Source: Clostridia bacterium (GTDB taxonomy: Bacteria > Bacillota > Clostridia > Oscillospirales > CAG-272). From it: DNA of 64,000 nt. The notes beneath the pieces were generated by a model, which saw only the letters and a list, made by a program, of their open reading frames with translations, made no database searches and was not told the DNA's origin. The DNA lies in the NCBI GenBank assembly GCA_017501225.1, contig JAFVXH010000022.1, positions 4,407-68,406 of the forward strand, in the 5' to 3' direction. The stretch's first letter is position 1; every line of letters starts with the position of its first letter. The position numbers and the translations under genes are program-made. Positions 8,659-19,153 of the stretch are shown here, piece after piece.

Positions 8659-8686
8659 TTGATAATTTGCAAATTTGTGGTATAAT
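8659..8686 (+). promoter_or_regulatory. promoter for pgk-tpiA (extended -10)
   Basis: TTGATA (8659-8664), 16-nt spacer, TGgTATAAT (-10 at 8681-8686). Confidence 0.6.
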
Positions 8687-8734
8687 AATTTTATATGATT
8701 TTTATACTACGATATCGGAAAGGAAACCAAAGAA

Positions 8735-10045
<1,311 letters not shown>

Positions 10046-10116
10046 TTTGAAAAATAAACGTGGGGGAACGGACAGACCGTTCCCCCATATCAAGGAAATT
10101 GGAAAGGAATCAGAAT

Positions 10117-10887
10117 ATGAACCCGACAAAGAGAAGAACCGTGATCGCCGGCAACTGGAAGATGAACTTCACCCCTGCCGAGGCGACCGCGTTTATCAAG
10201 GAGATCGCCCCCATGGTGGCGGGCAAGGATGACTGCGACATTATTTTCTGCGCTCCCTTCGTGACCATTGCGGCAGCGCAGGAGGCAGCCAAGGGCACGA
10301 ACATCAAGATCGGTGCCGAGAACGTGCATTTTGCAGAAAAAGGCGCGTACACGGGTGAGGTCAGCGCGAAGATGCTGACTGCGTGCGGCGTGGAATACGT
10401 CATCATCGGTCACTCCGAGCGCCGTCAGTACTTCGGTGAGACCGACGAAACCGTAAATCTGCGCACCAAGGCAGCGCTTGACGCGGGCATGAAGGTCATT
10501 CTCTGCCTTGGCGAGGTCAAGGAGCAGCGCGTCAACGGCGTGACGGACGAGGTCGTTTCCATGCAGACCAAGCTGGATCTGTTGGGCGTCAGTGCTGAGC
10601 AGATGAAGAACGTCATCATCGCTTACGAGCCCGTCTGGGCGATCGGCACGGGGCTGACCGCAACGCCCGAGCAGGCAGAACAGACCTGCGCGGTGATCCG
10701 CAAGACGCTGGTTGCGATGTACGGCGAGGAGGTCGCGGAGGCAACCACCATTCAGTACGGAGGATCCATGAACGAAAAGAATGCCGCAGAGCTTCTGTCC
10801 AAGACCAACGTGGACGGCGGACTGATCGGCGGCGCTTCCCTGGTGGCTGAAAAATTCACCGCCATCGTGGATGCGGCACAGCTTTAA
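10117..10887 (+). CDS. tpiA: triose-phosphate isomerase
   Basis: Trimmed to MNPTKRRTVIAGNWKMNF. Motifs IIGHSERR, AYEPVWAIGTG, YGGS. Confidence 0.93.
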   Translation: MNPTKRRTVIAGNWKMNFTPAEATAFIKEIAPMVAGKDDCDIIFCAPFVTIAAAQEAAKGTNIKIGAENVHFAEKGAYTGEVSAKMLTACGVEYVIIGHSERRQYFGETDETVNLRTKAALDAGMKVILCLGEVKEQRVNGVTDEVVSMQTKLDLLGVSAEQMKNVIIAYEPVWAIGTGLTATPEQAEQTCAVIRKTLVAMYGEEVAEATTIQYGGSMNEKNAAELLSKTNVDGGLIGGASLVAEKFTAIVDAAQL

Positions 10888-10903
10888 TTGCATACACGTG
10901 ATC

Positions 10904-10950
10904 AAAAAACGGTGGACCGATTCAAACAGAATCGGTCCACCGTATCTTTA
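10904..10950. terminator. bidirectional intrinsic terminator between tpiA and the FkbM gene
   Basis: AAAAAACGGTGGACCGATTC-aaacag-AATCGGTCCACCGT followed by a T-rich tract. Confidence 0.75.
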
Positions 10951-12048
10951 TTTGACGTACAGATTGAGATCCCATGCGGGAATCCCGCGAAAACGGCGCA
11001 AGTAGAACTCACGGTAGTGCGGGAACAGACGGTGCACCAGAAGCGGGAGCGAAAAAATGTCCTCGTTGCGGTGATAGAGCGACACGAGCAGTGTCGGGCG
11101 GTATTTGCGGATGCTTTCCACCGAGCCGTAAAGCGCGCGCGCTTCAGCCCCCTCGACGTCGTACTTGATATAATCGACGGGAGCGCCGTCCAGGATGCGG
11201 TCCAGGGGAGCAACGGGAACCGCGATCTGCCTGATCGGGCGGTCCTTGATGACCGAGGAGCGGTTTTCTCCCAAGGAGGCGTTGCGATTGCCGCTGCCGT
11301 CAAAATATAGGGTTGCCTCCCTGTCCCAAGCACCTACGGGGAAGGGGAGAACCTTGGCGCGCACCTCTGCTTTTGCATACGCCTCCAGCTTGCGGAAGTT
11401 GCGTGCATCGGGCTCCATGGCATAGACCGTTTGTATCGCGCCGTCCGCGTGTGACAAAAGCGCGCGGATGCTGTCCCCATTGTAAGCGCCAAGGTCTGCC
11501 GTCACCGCCTTTTCGTGGGGGGCGACCAGCTCTCTCATCACACTTTCCTCATCGCTCTCGGCGTTTTTCAGAAAAGAAACGTCGCCCGTCAGCTTAAAAC
11601 GCAACACGTTCTCAAAGATTTTGCGCGATTCCGCATCGGAAAGAAGGTCATACGCCGCGTCAAGCTCCTCTCGGTGCGCCTCAAAAAACGCTCTGTCAAA
11701 GAGTCCGTCCCCGAAGGCGGGGACGTCGGGTGCGTAGAGCTCTGCCTCTCGGGCGACACGGTCAATGCACTCCAGAACCTCGGGGCGTGAGGAGCCGAAG
11801 GCGAGCAGAACGATGACTCCGTCGGCACCGTAAAGCTCCTTGATCTCGCTCCAGGTACGCACGGGCATGCCGCGGAAGCTGTGTCCTCGGACAAAGCCGT
11901 CGCTTGCAAAGACGGCGGAAATCTCGATCCCTCTCTGCGCGCACACGGCAAGAATTTTTTCCGCGCCGTTTCCCATGCCGTAAAGCACGATTGTTTTTTT
12001 AGTGCCCGCAAGGTGTTCCCAAAGATCGGTGCGGCATTCAAAATCCAT
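10948..12048 (-). CDS. FkbM-family methyltransferase
   Basis: 366 aa. DLGAYNGDS SAM-binding region, ..IDYIKYDVEGAE.., ..NRNASL.. These are typical of the FkbM family as I recall it. Confidence 0.75.
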   Translation of the reverse strand: MDFECRTDLWEHLAGTKKTIVLYGMGNGAEKILAVCAQRGIEISAVFASDGFVRGHSFRGMPVRTWSEIKELYGADGVIVLLAFGSSRPEVLECIDRVAREAELYAPDVPAFGDGLFDRAFFEAHREELDAAYDLLSDAESRKIFENVLRFKLTGDVSFLKNAESDEESVMRELVAPHEKAVTADLGAYNGDSIRALLSHADGAIQTVYAMEPDARNFRKLEAYAKAEVRAKVLPFPVGAWDREATLYFDGSGNRNASLGENRSSVIKDRPIRQIAVPVAPLDRILDGAPVDYIKYDVEGAEARALYGSVESIRKYRPTLLVSLYHRNEDIFSLPLLVHRLFPHYREFYLRRFRGIPAWDLNLYVK

Positions 12049-12133
12049 AAAGCAAACTCCTTTTTTGGCGTTGACAAACTCGACGTTTTGTTGTATACTG
12101 AAATCAGAAAAAAGAAAAATGGAGGATCCAATT

Positions 12134-12475
12134 ATGTCCGACTGTTTGTTTTGTAAGATCGTAGCAGGTCAGATTCCCTCAACCAAGGTTTACGAGGATG
12201 AAACCGTATATGCCTTTCGGGATATCAATCCCATGGCACCCGTGCATATTCTGGTCGTGCCCAAGCGCCATATTTCGTCCGCAGACGAGGTGACGGCTGA
12301 GAACAGTGCCGATATCGCACGCATTTTCGAGGTCATTCCGCGCATTGCCAAGGAGGAAGGGCTTACCAACGGCTACCGTGTCATCACCAACTGCGGTGCT
12401 GACGCATGCCAATCGGTCAAGCATCTGCATTTCCACATTCTCGGCGGCAAGCAATTGCCCGACAATATGGGTTGA
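12134..12475 (+). CDS. HIT-family (Hint-like) nucleotide hydrolase
   Basis: Trimmed to MSDCLFCKIVAGQIPS.., GGAGGA RBS, histidine triad HLHFHILGG. Confidence 0.9.
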   Translation: MSDCLFCKIVAGQIPSTKVYEDETVYAFRDINPMAPVHILVVPKRHISSADEVTAENSADIARIFEVIPRIAKEEGLTNGYRVITNCGADACQSVKHLHFHILGGKQLPDNMG

Positions 12476-12485
12476 CAGTATTGAT

Positions 12486-12515
12486 AAGAGGGGCGCTTGG
12501 CGCCCCTCTTTTTTG
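12486..12515. terminator. bidirectional intrinsic terminator (HIT gene / aspartate kinase)
   Basis: GAGGGGCGC-ttg-GCGCCCCTC followed by TTTTTT. Confidence 0.8.
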
Positions 12516-12519
12516 CTTC

Positions 12520-13836
12520 TTATTTTACAAATTCCGCGTAGATGGCGCGCTGAGCCTTTTCCAGATCATGCTCCTCAACACCGATGATGATGTTGAGCTC
12601 GCTCGAGCCCTGGTCGATCATACGAATGTTGACGTCCGCCTTGGAAATGGCGTTAAAGACTCTTGCCGCCGTTCCCTTTGCCTTGACCATACCGCGTCCG
12701 ACGACGGCAAGCAGGGCAAGACCGTCCTCGATCATGATGCTGTCGGGGCGAACGCGCTTGTTGATGGTTGCGATCACACGCTCACGGCGTCCCTCCAGAT
12801 GCGCGGAGGAAACGATGACGCTCATGGTGTCAACGCCCGAGGGAAGATGCTCAAAGGAGATATCGTGATCCTCCAGAACGTCCAGCACGCGTCTGCCAAA
12901 GCCGATCTCGGCATTCATCATATCCTTTTCGATGGTGATGACCGAAAAGCCCTTTTTGCCCGCAATGCCCGTGATGATACGCTTGGAATCGTACTCGGCG
13001 GTGCTCGCGACGATCATGGTGCCGTCGGCGGTCGGCTCATTGGTGTTGCGGATATTGATCGGAATTCCCGCGTTGCGAACGGGGAAGATCGCCTCCTCGT
13101 GAAGCACCGATGCTCCCATGTAGGAAAGCTCGCGCAATTCACGGTAGGTGATGGATTGGATGGGGGCGGGATCGTCCACGATGCGGGGATCTGCCATCAG
13201 AAAGCCCGAAACGTCGGTCCAGTTTTCATACAGCTCCGCATCTGCCGCCTGTGCGACGATGGAGCCCGTAATATCGGATCCGCCGCGGCTGAAGGTCTTG
13301 ATGGTTCCGTTGGGCATCACGCCGTAGAAGCCGGGGATGACCGCGCGCTCGTGCTTCTGGAGCTCCATACGCATCTCGCGATTGGTGCGCTCCTCGTCAT
13401 AAAGACCGTTGTCGCGGAAGAAGATGACCGATTCGGCATCAATGAAATCATAGTGCAAAAATTTTGCTAAGATCAGGGAGTTGAGATACTCACCGCGGCT
13501 TGCGGCAAAATCTCTGCCCGAGTGATGCAGAATGGCGTTGCGGATGTATTCCAACTCTCCGGAAATGTCAAAGTCCAGCTCCAGATCACGGATAATACTG
13601 TTATACCGTTCGGCGATCTGCGCATAGTATTCGGTGATATCCTCGCGGTTGTGCACCATGTCATAGCAGCGGTAGAGCATATCGGTGACCTTGGTATCGG
13701 CACTGCATCTCTTACCGGGGGCAGATGCGACGACGAAGCGGCGCTTCGGATCTGCCTTTACAATATCGGCTACTCTGCGGAAATGCTCAGCATCTGCCAA
13801 AGAGGAGCCGCCAAATTTTACAACCTTGATTCCCAT
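12520..13836 (-). CDS. aspartate kinase
   Basis: Trimmed to MGIKVVKFGGSSLADAEHF (GGAAAGGA RBS). Amino-acid kinase fold, then C-terminal ACT-like repeats (..LLAVVGRGM.., ..NIRMIDQGSSE..). Confidence 0.9.
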   Translation of the reverse strand: MGIKVVKFGGSSLADAEHFRRVADIVKADPKRRFVVASAPGKRCSADTKVTDMLYRCYDMVHNREDITEYYAQIAERYNSIIRDLELDFDISGELEYIRNAILHHSGRDFAASRGEYLNSLILAKFLHYDFIDAESVIFFRDNGLYDEERTNREMRMELQKHERAVIPGFYGVMPNGTIKTFSRGGSDITGSIVAQAADAELYENWTDVSGFLMADPRIVDDPAPIQSITYRELRELSYMGASVLHEEAIFPVRNAGIPINIRNTNEPTADGTMIVASTAEYDSKRIITGIAGKKGFSVITIEKDMMNAEIGFGRRVLDVLEDHDISFEHLPSGVDTMSVIVSSAHLEGRRERVIATINKRVRPDSIMIEDGLALLAVVGRGMVKAKGTAARVFNAISKADVNIRMIDQGSSELNIIIGVEEHDLEKAQRAIYAEFVK

Positions 13837-13903
13837 GGGTTTTATCCTTTCCTGCCTGCCCGCGTTGAGTTTGAAAAAAGCAGGCTTACGTCTGTTATTA
13901 TAC

Positions 13904-13932
13904 ATTATATGAAAAATGGGAGGCTTTGTCAA
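13904..13932 (-). promoter_or_regulatory. consensus promoter for aspartate kinase
   Basis: Minus strand reads TTGACA (13932-13927), 17-nt spacer, TATAAT (13909-13904). Confidence 0.65.
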
Positions 13933-13983
13933 GATAAAATCCCTCAAAGCATCAAAAAATGTCACATTTTCAAGGATTTTTAC

Positions 13984-14014
13984 AGAAAAAAGGGCGGTAG
14001 AAAGCCACCGCCCT
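13984..14014 (-). terminator. intrinsic terminator after the radical SAM gene
   Basis: Minus strand reads GGGCGGTGGCTTTCTACCGCCC followed by TTTTTTCTG. Confidence 0.7.
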
Positions 14015-14029
14015 GCGATATTCGTACCG

Positions 14030-14923
14030 TCAGAAGGTCTTTTCGAAAAAATCCGGAGTAAAGACGCTTGATGCGGACTCTCTCTCCTGAACGTATCCGT
14101 CAAATCCAAGGCGCTGTGCTTCCTTGCAGACCGCATCGTATTCAAAGGAGGTCACGCGGCGGTGCAGCTCGGGGAAGGGACAGTCGGTTGCAAATTCGGG
14201 CGTATACTGGCTCATCAGAGAAAGCGGGAAGGCTTGGCTTCCGAATTCTTTTTCGAGCGCTTGCAGAAGCGCGATCGAATCCTGTCTGCCGCCCGGCAGC
14301 ACCAGATGCCGCACGATCACACCGCGCGTCATCATTCCGTCGGTATCATATTCGCACCTGCCCACCTGGCGGAGCATCTCGCGGAGTGCCGCGACCGCAG
14401 TGGGGAAGTAGTGGGGGGCGGCGGAGTAAAGCTGTGCGCGATGTCCGTCAAAATACTTGATGTCGGGGAGATAAATATCGACAAGACCATCGAGCGTGCG
14501 CAGGGTTTCCGTCTTTTCATAGCCTCCGCAATTGTATACGATGGGGATATGCAGTCGCGGCTTGATATGCGCGAGAAGGGGACGCAGCTGCAGGGCGTAA
14601 TGCGACGGCGTGACCAGATTGATATTGTGCGCGCCCTCCTCCTGAAGGCGAAGCATCTGCGCCTCCAGCTCGTCGGGCGTCAGGATCTCCCCCTTTGCCG
14701 TGTGGCTGATGACGCGGTTCTGGCAATAGACGCAACGCAGATTGCAGCCCGAAAAGAAGACCGTTCCCGAGCCGTCCTTACCGCTGATGCAGGGCTCCTC
14801 CCATGCGTGTCGCGCGATCCGCGCGATAACGAATTCGTTTGGTGCTTGGCAAAATCCAAGCTCCTCGCCCACGCGGCTTTTGCCGCATTCCCGCGGGCAG
14901 GCGGTACAACCGTTTGCGCTCAT
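14030..14923 (-). CDS. radical SAM protein, PflX-like (pyruvate formate-lyase activase-related)
   Basis: Trimmed to MSANGCTACPRECGKSR.. (GGAGGTGA RBS). Radical SAM cluster motif CNLRCVYCQN. Confidence 0.8.
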   Translation of the reverse strand: MSANGCTACPRECGKSRVGEELGFCQAPNEFVIARIARHAWEEPCISGKDGSGTVFFSGCNLRCVYCQNRVISHTAKGEILTPDELEAQMLRLQEEGAHNINLVTPSHYALQLRPLLAHIKPRLHIPIVYNCGGYEKTETLRTLDGLVDIYLPDIKYFDGHRAQLYSAAPHYFPTAVAALREMLRQVGRCEYDTDGMMTRGVIVRHLVLPGGRQDSIALLQALEKEFGSQAFPLSLMSQYTPEFATDCPFPELHRRVTSFEYDAVCKEAQRLGFDGYVQERESASSVFTPDFFEKTF

Positions 14924-15025
14924 TCCGTCACCTCCGTTCCATGCTTCATTATACCGCGCAGGACGCCGAGTTGCAAGACGTTTTGCGAATTTTGAAAACT
15001 TTTTTCGGAAACGGTGAGCGGAAAG

Positions 15026-15054
15026 TTGACATTTTCTCAAAACTGTGGTATGAT
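15026..15054 (+). promoter_or_regulatory. promoter for the ymdB-like gene
   Basis: TTGACA (15026-15031), 17-nt spacer, TGgTATGAT (-10 at 15049-15054). Confidence 0.55.
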
Positions 15055-15093
15055 AAGGAACGGAAATCAAGCAATAGAATTGAGGAAACACAA

Positions 15094-15864
15094 ATGCGCA
15101 TTCTGGCACTTGGCGACGTGGTGGGTGAGGGAGCGATCCTGCACCTGGAGCACAAGCTTTGGAAGTATCGCTTGCAAAATCAGATCGATATGACGGTGGT
15201 CAACGGGGAGAACGCCAGCGCTGTCCGCGGACTTTGCCAAAAGGACGCAAGACGCCTTCTGGATGCGGGCGCCGACGTCCTCACGCTCGGCAATCACACC
15301 TACGGTATGCGGGATCTGTATCCCTTTTTGGAGGAGGAGTCCTGCATCATCCGTCCCGCCAACTATCCGCCTACGTGTCCAGGCGCCGGATATACGGTGA
15401 TCACGGTGTGCGGCTATCGCGTGCTTTGCATCAACGTCCAAGGGCGGGTATATCTCGATCCTCTGGACTCTCCCTTTGACGCCGTAGATAAAATTCTTAC
15501 GCGCGAGGCGGGGAATTACGACTTTTCCATTCTGGATATCCACGCCGAGGCGACCAGTGAAAAGCTTGCCATAGCGCACTGGTTCGACGGCAGAATTCCG
15601 ATGATGTTCGGCACGCACACGCACGTTCCGACGGCGGATGCGCGTGTCCTTCCGAAGGGCTCGGGATACGTGACCGATCTTGGCATGACAGGACCTGTGG
15701 ACGGGATCATCGGCACCAAGGCAGAGCAGGTGATCGAGCGCTTTCGCACCGCGATGCCCACGCGCTTTGACGTGGCGGAGGGCGAAATCGAGGCACAGGG
15801 TGTGATCTTCGATTACAATACGGACACAGGGCGCGTGCAGTCGGTTACGCGTATTTCGTTCTGA
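15094..15864 (+). CDS. YmdB-like metallophosphoesterase (TIGR00282 family, 2',3'-cyclic-nucleotide phosphodiesterase)
   Basis: Trimmed to MRILALGDVVGEGA.. Motifs VVNGENAS, LGNHTY, DIHAEATSEK, GTHTHVPTAD. Confidence 0.85.
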   Translation: MRILALGDVVGEGAILHLEHKLWKYRLQNQIDMTVVNGENASAVRGLCQKDARRLLDAGADVLTLGNHTYGMRDLYPFLEEESCIIRPANYPPTCPGAGYTVITVCGYRVLCINVQGRVYLDPLDSPFDAVDKILTREAGNYDFSILDIHAEATSEKLAIAHWFDGRIPMMFGTHTHVPTADARVLPKGSGYVTDLGMTGPVDGIIGTKAEQVIERFRTAMPTRFDVAEGEIEAQGVIFDYNTDTGRVQSVTRISF

Positions 15865-15884
15865 GCGATGTAAAGGAATCCCAA

Positions 15885-15914
15885 GGGGAGAAATTCAAGC
15901 AGAATTTCTCCCCC
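15885..15914. terminator. hairpin between convergent genes (weak terminator)
   Basis: GGGGAGAAATTC-aagca-GAATTTCTCCCC. Only short T tracts flank it. Confidence 0.45.
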
Positions 15915-15923
15915 GTTTCGTAC

Positions 15924-16142
15924 TCATTCCTCTATTTGGTCAAAGCTTTCGCGCGCACGGAAAATCAAAGAAATACACCAAACGCCTGCAAGACCTACCA
16001 CCGTATAGATAATACGGCTGAGCAGGCTTGCGGGGCCGCCGCAAATCCAGGCGACAATGTCAAACTGAAACAGACCGATGCTGCCCCAGTTGAGCGCGCC
16101 GACTACGGTAAGAATCAGCGCAATGCGGTCTAAGATCATCAT
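15924..16142 (-). CDS. DUF378-family small membrane protein
   Basis: Trimmed to MMILDRIALILTVVGALNWGSIGLFQFDIVAW.. (AAAGGATGGAG RBS), 72 aa, two TM helices. Confidence 0.75.
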   Translation of the reverse strand: MMILDRIALILTVVGALNWGSIGLFQFDIVAWICGGPASLLSRIIYTVVGLAGVWCISLIFRARESFDQIEE

Positions 16143-16327
16143 ATAGCTCCATCCTTTCTGGTTATGCGGGAACCTTTTGGTTCCACCGCTTTTAGTATGC
16201 AGTCCTGACCTGCAAATGATGAGTGGAAAATGTTGCTTTTGACGCATTTTCTGGAATTCGGCGGTATTGAGTGCCAAAATCGACAACAAAAATGCAAAAA
16301 AATGTCAAATGTTTGTAGGATTAAAAC

Positions 16328-16356
16328 TTGACAATTCCGCAATACTCCTATATAAT
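16328..16356 (+). promoter_or_regulatory. consensus promoter driving the THF riboswitch-folT transcript
   Basis: TTGACA (16328-16333), 17-nt spacer, TATAAT (16351-16356). Confidence 0.7.
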
Positions 16357-16383
16357 AGGGGTAGTTGCAAACAGATGCAACAA

Positions 16384-16492
16384 GAAGAGTAAAGGCACAA
16401 GCGTTGGACGCAGTCCTCAGTGCCGCCCGGACGGGGAGTTGTCGGGTGGACGAAAAGCGTATGCTTGCGGTTTGTGCTTTGCATCCCGCTTC
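16384..16492 (+). promoter_or_regulatory. THF (tetrahydrofolate) riboswitch, THF-I class
   Basis: GAAGAGUAAAGGCACAAGCGUUGGAC...GGGGAGUUGUC...GACGAAAAGCGUAUGCUUGCGGUUUGUGCUUUGCAUCCCGCUUC. The conserved blocks GAGUA / GCGUU / GGGA.U / ACGAA.GCG / GCGG / UGCAUCCGCU and the P1/P2 pairings match the Eubacterium siraeum THF aptamer as I recall it. Sits upstream of a folT-like gene. Confidence 0.8.
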
Positions 16493-16582
16493 ATAATATG
16501 GCTTCGATTGGGGACAGTATACCGTTTCTGTTTTATCTCCTTTCTTTCGCCGTTATGGGCGGAACAAAGGAGGTATTTTTTT

Positions 16583-17146
16583 ATGAAAAAAGCAACAAAA
16601 GGCTCTCTGCGTTCCGGTATTGTCCGTCTTTGTCTGAACGCGCTGTTCGTAGCGCTTTACGTGGTGCTCAGCATTTATCTGGGAATTAAAATTTCCACCG
16701 TGGAAATCTCCTGGGCAACGCTGCCCGTTCTGCTTTGCGCATTTCTGCTTGGTCCCTGGGATGCTCTGGCGGTCGCACTGCTCGGCTCGTTTCTGGAACA
16801 GATGCTCACCTTTGGACTGTCGCCCACTACGTGGCTCTGGATGCTTCCCGTGGTGCTGCAAGCGCTCTTTGTGGGCTTGCTTGCAAAGGTGATTGCCAAG
16901 CATACGGCGGGGAACAGGACCGTTTTGTTCTCGGCAATTCTGATCGTGGTGGCGGAGCTCTTGCTGACCGCTATGAATACGGGCGCGCTTTATCTGGACG
17001 GCGCGATCATGGGATATCCCGTAAAAGCCCTTTGGGTGCTCCTGCCCACGCGCTTGATCAACGGAAGCGTGCGCGCGCTGCTTTCGGCAGTCCTCATTTG
17101 TGACCTTTTGCCCGCATTGCGCCGCGTGACGAAGAAATTTCTCTGA
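16583..17146 (+). CDS. folT: ECF-transporter S component, folate family
   Basis: Trimmed to MKKATKGSLRSGIVRLCLNALFVALYVVLS.. (AAAGGAGG RBS). 187 aa with about 5-6 TM segments. Preceded by a THF riboswitch and followed by folC. Confidence 0.75.
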   Translation: MKKATKGSLRSGIVRLCLNALFVALYVVLSIYLGIKISTVEISWATLPVLLCAFLLGPWDALAVALLGSFLEQMLTFGLSPTTWLWMLPVVLQALFVGLLAKVIAKHTAGNRTVLFSAILIVVAELLLTAMNTGALYLDGAIMGYPVKALWVLLPTRLINGSVRALLSAVLICDLLPALRRVTKKFL

Positions 17147-17233
17147 TGCTTACAGTGCCGCCCCTCTGCGCAGGGGCGGCACTGCCGATGCAACGCCAAG
17201 ATAGGACGATCGAAAAAGAGAGGAGGGGACTGC

Positions 17234-18511
17234 ATGACCTATTTGGAAACCATTGACTATATTCACGCGCGCGGAGGAGCGAAATGTAAGCCCGATCTCT
17301 CTCGCATGCGCCGCTTGCTGGCGCGCCTTGGAAACCCGCAGGATGCGCTTCGCTGCATTCACGTAGCGGGCACCAACGGCAAGGGAAGCGTTTGCGCGAT
17401 GCTGGACTGCGTCCTGCGCTGTGCGGGATATCGCGTAGGGCTCTTTACCTCGCCCTATATCCGCCATTTTGAGGAGCGCGTGCGTGTAGACGGTCAGAGC
17501 ATTGACCGAGAAACCCTTGCGGAGCTCGGAACGCTGACCAAACGCGTGATCGAGGAATGCGGTGAGGAATTCTCCGAATTTGAAGTGATCACGGCAATCG
17601 GATTTTTGTATTTTGCAAGGCAAAAGGTGGACTACGTGGTGCTGGAGGTCGGTCTTGGCGGACGCTTGGATCCTACCAACGTCATCGACTTTCCCGTGCT
17701 TTCCGTCATTACGGGAATCGATTTTGACCATACCGCCGTTCTCGGCAATACCATTCAGAGCATTGCGACGGAGAAGGCGGGCATTATCAAGCAGGGGAGT
17801 CCCTGCGTCTTTGGAGGAAGCGACGGCATCGCTTGCCGTACGGTCAAGGACGTTGCCGCTGCCAAGGGTGCACCCTTTTATGCCGTGGATCACGCGCCGC
17901 TTTGCGTAAGCAGGATGGATCTTGACGGCACGGTGCTGAGCTTTGGCGGATATACGGATCTTCGGATCTCCCTGCTGGGGACCTATCAAAAGGAAAACGC
18001 CGCTACGGTGCTGACGGCACTCTCCGTCTTGGAGCAAGAGGGAATCAGGATCGGTGAGGATGCCGTGCGAAACGGGCTTGCCACGGTCGCATGGCCCAGC
18101 CGCTTTGAATTGATGAGAAAGGATCCTGTCGTGATCTGCGACGGCGGACACAATCCGCAGGGCGTGGGTGCTGCGGTTGCGAGCGTGCGGGAATATTTTC
18201 CCGATCAACGTGTCAATATTCTGACGGGCGTGATGGTCGATAAGAGCTACCGAGAGATGATCGAGCGATTGATGCCCGTTACGCATCGCGCGTATACCGT
18301 TACACCGCAAAATCCGAGAGCGCTACCCGCAAAGGAATATGCCGCACAGCTTTTGTCGCACGGCGTGGATGCCGTTGCCTTTGATTCGATCAAGGAGGGC
18401 TTACAAGCGGCAATCGACGCCTCACGCAAGGAGAAAAGGCCGCTGCTATGTCTTGGCTCGCTTTACTTATACGGAAGCATTGCCGAGCTTTTGGAACAAA
18501 TGGAGAATTGA
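17234..18511 (+). CDS. folC: bifunctional folylpolyglutamate synthase / dihydrofolate synthase
   Basis: 425 aa. HVAGTNGKGSV P-loop and Mur-ligase-like architecture. Confidence 0.9.
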   Translation: MTYLETIDYIHARGGAKCKPDLSRMRRLLARLGNPQDALRCIHVAGTNGKGSVCAMLDCVLRCAGYRVGLFTSPYIRHFEERVRVDGQSIDRETLAELGTLTKRVIEECGEEFSEFEVITAIGFLYFARQKVDYVVLEVGLGGRLDPTNVIDFPVLSVITGIDFDHTAVLGNTIQSIATEKAGIIKQGSPCVFGGSDGIACRTVKDVAAAKGAPFYAVDHAPLCVSRMDLDGTVLSFGGYTDLRISLLGTYQKENAATVLTALSVLEQEGIRIGEDAVRNGLATVAWPSRFELMRKDPVVICDGGHNPQGVGAAVASVREYFPDQRVNILTGVMVDKSYREMIERLMPVTHRAYTVTPQNPRALPAKEYAAQLLSHGVDAVAFDSIKEGLQAAIDASRKEKRPLLCLGSLYLYGSIAELLEQMEN

Positions 18512-18516
18512 ACGAA

Positions 18517-18553
18517 CAAAGGACCGAGAACGTGCCGTTCTCGGTCCTTTTTG
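18517..18553. terminator. bidirectional intrinsic terminator after folC
   Basis: AAAGGACCGAGAACG-tgc-CGTTCTCGGTCCTTTTT. Confidence 0.8.
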
Positions 18554-18564
18554 ATTTGTGCGGC

Positions 18565-19038
18565 TTACAGCTTGGGTGTTTTATAAAGGTCTTTGCTTGC
18601 GTTCTGGCAGCAACGCTTCAATTTTTTGACGCCTGCCTCGCTCAAATCGCCTGCACTGACGACTTGATAATCCCAACGCGTAACCTCGTAGAGATCACGC
18701 TCGCTGTCGCCAATGGTTTTGACCCACTTCTCACGGTTGGTTTCGACGCGCTCGATCGTATAGTTGTGCTTGGGGCACTTGAGCGTCCAATAGGTCGTTC
18801 CGGGTTTGCGCGCTTCCTTGTATTTTCGCGTTCCTGCCTCCAGCTCGCCAAAGGAATTCAGGCGCAAAACGTTGACCTCGTGCGCTGCGCTGATCAATTC
18901 CCCTTGTTCCTGCCGAATACTGCCATATTCCAGCTCCTTGCCGCAAAAGGGACATTTATTTTTATTCAGTGATCCGCCTGCAAACAGTCCGAAAATTACC
19001 ATGATGAAAACCGATCCTTTCGTTATTTCTGCTTTCAT
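18565..19038 (-). CDS. hypothetical protein, N-terminal TM helix plus CxxC...CPxH zinc-ribbon-like motif
   Basis: Trimmed to MKAEITKGSVFIMVIFGLFAGG.. Has KCPFCGKELEY and LKCPKHNY. The start is uncertain (alternative Met at 19002). Low-GC context. Confidence 0.5.
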   Translation of the reverse strand: MKAEITKGSVFIMVIFGLFAGGSLNKNKCPFCGKELEYGSIRQEQGELISAAHEVNVLRLNSFGELEAGTRKYKEARKPGTTYWTLKCPKHNYTIERVETNREKWVKTIGDSERDLYEVTRWDYQVVSAGDLSEAGVKKLKRCCQNASKDLYKTPKL

Positions 19039-19153
19039 TATACCTTTGCAGAGGTGTTTTGTCAATAAGGATCGCAAAAAATCGGAGAGAAGAAAAATAG
19101 GAGCCCTATTTTCAAAAAAGATTTGAAGCCGTGACCTTACCAAGACGGTGAGA

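Noticed and set aside
13837-14029. Search for a lysine (L-box) riboswitch or T-box leader upstream of aspartate kinase.
   Set aside because: The promoter-to-ATG leader is only about 65 nt. It contains a single simple hairpin (GCCTGC...GCAGGC), which is far too short and lacks L-box or T-box conserved blocks.
16143-16327. Roughly 150-180-nt region upstream of the DUF378 gene containing the hairpin GCGGTGGAACC-aaaa-GGTTCCCGC, considered as a possible riboswitch.
   Set aside because: I could not place a convincing -10 element, I see no terminator or anti-terminator alternative, and I recognise no known aptamer motif. The evidence is too thin to report as a feature.
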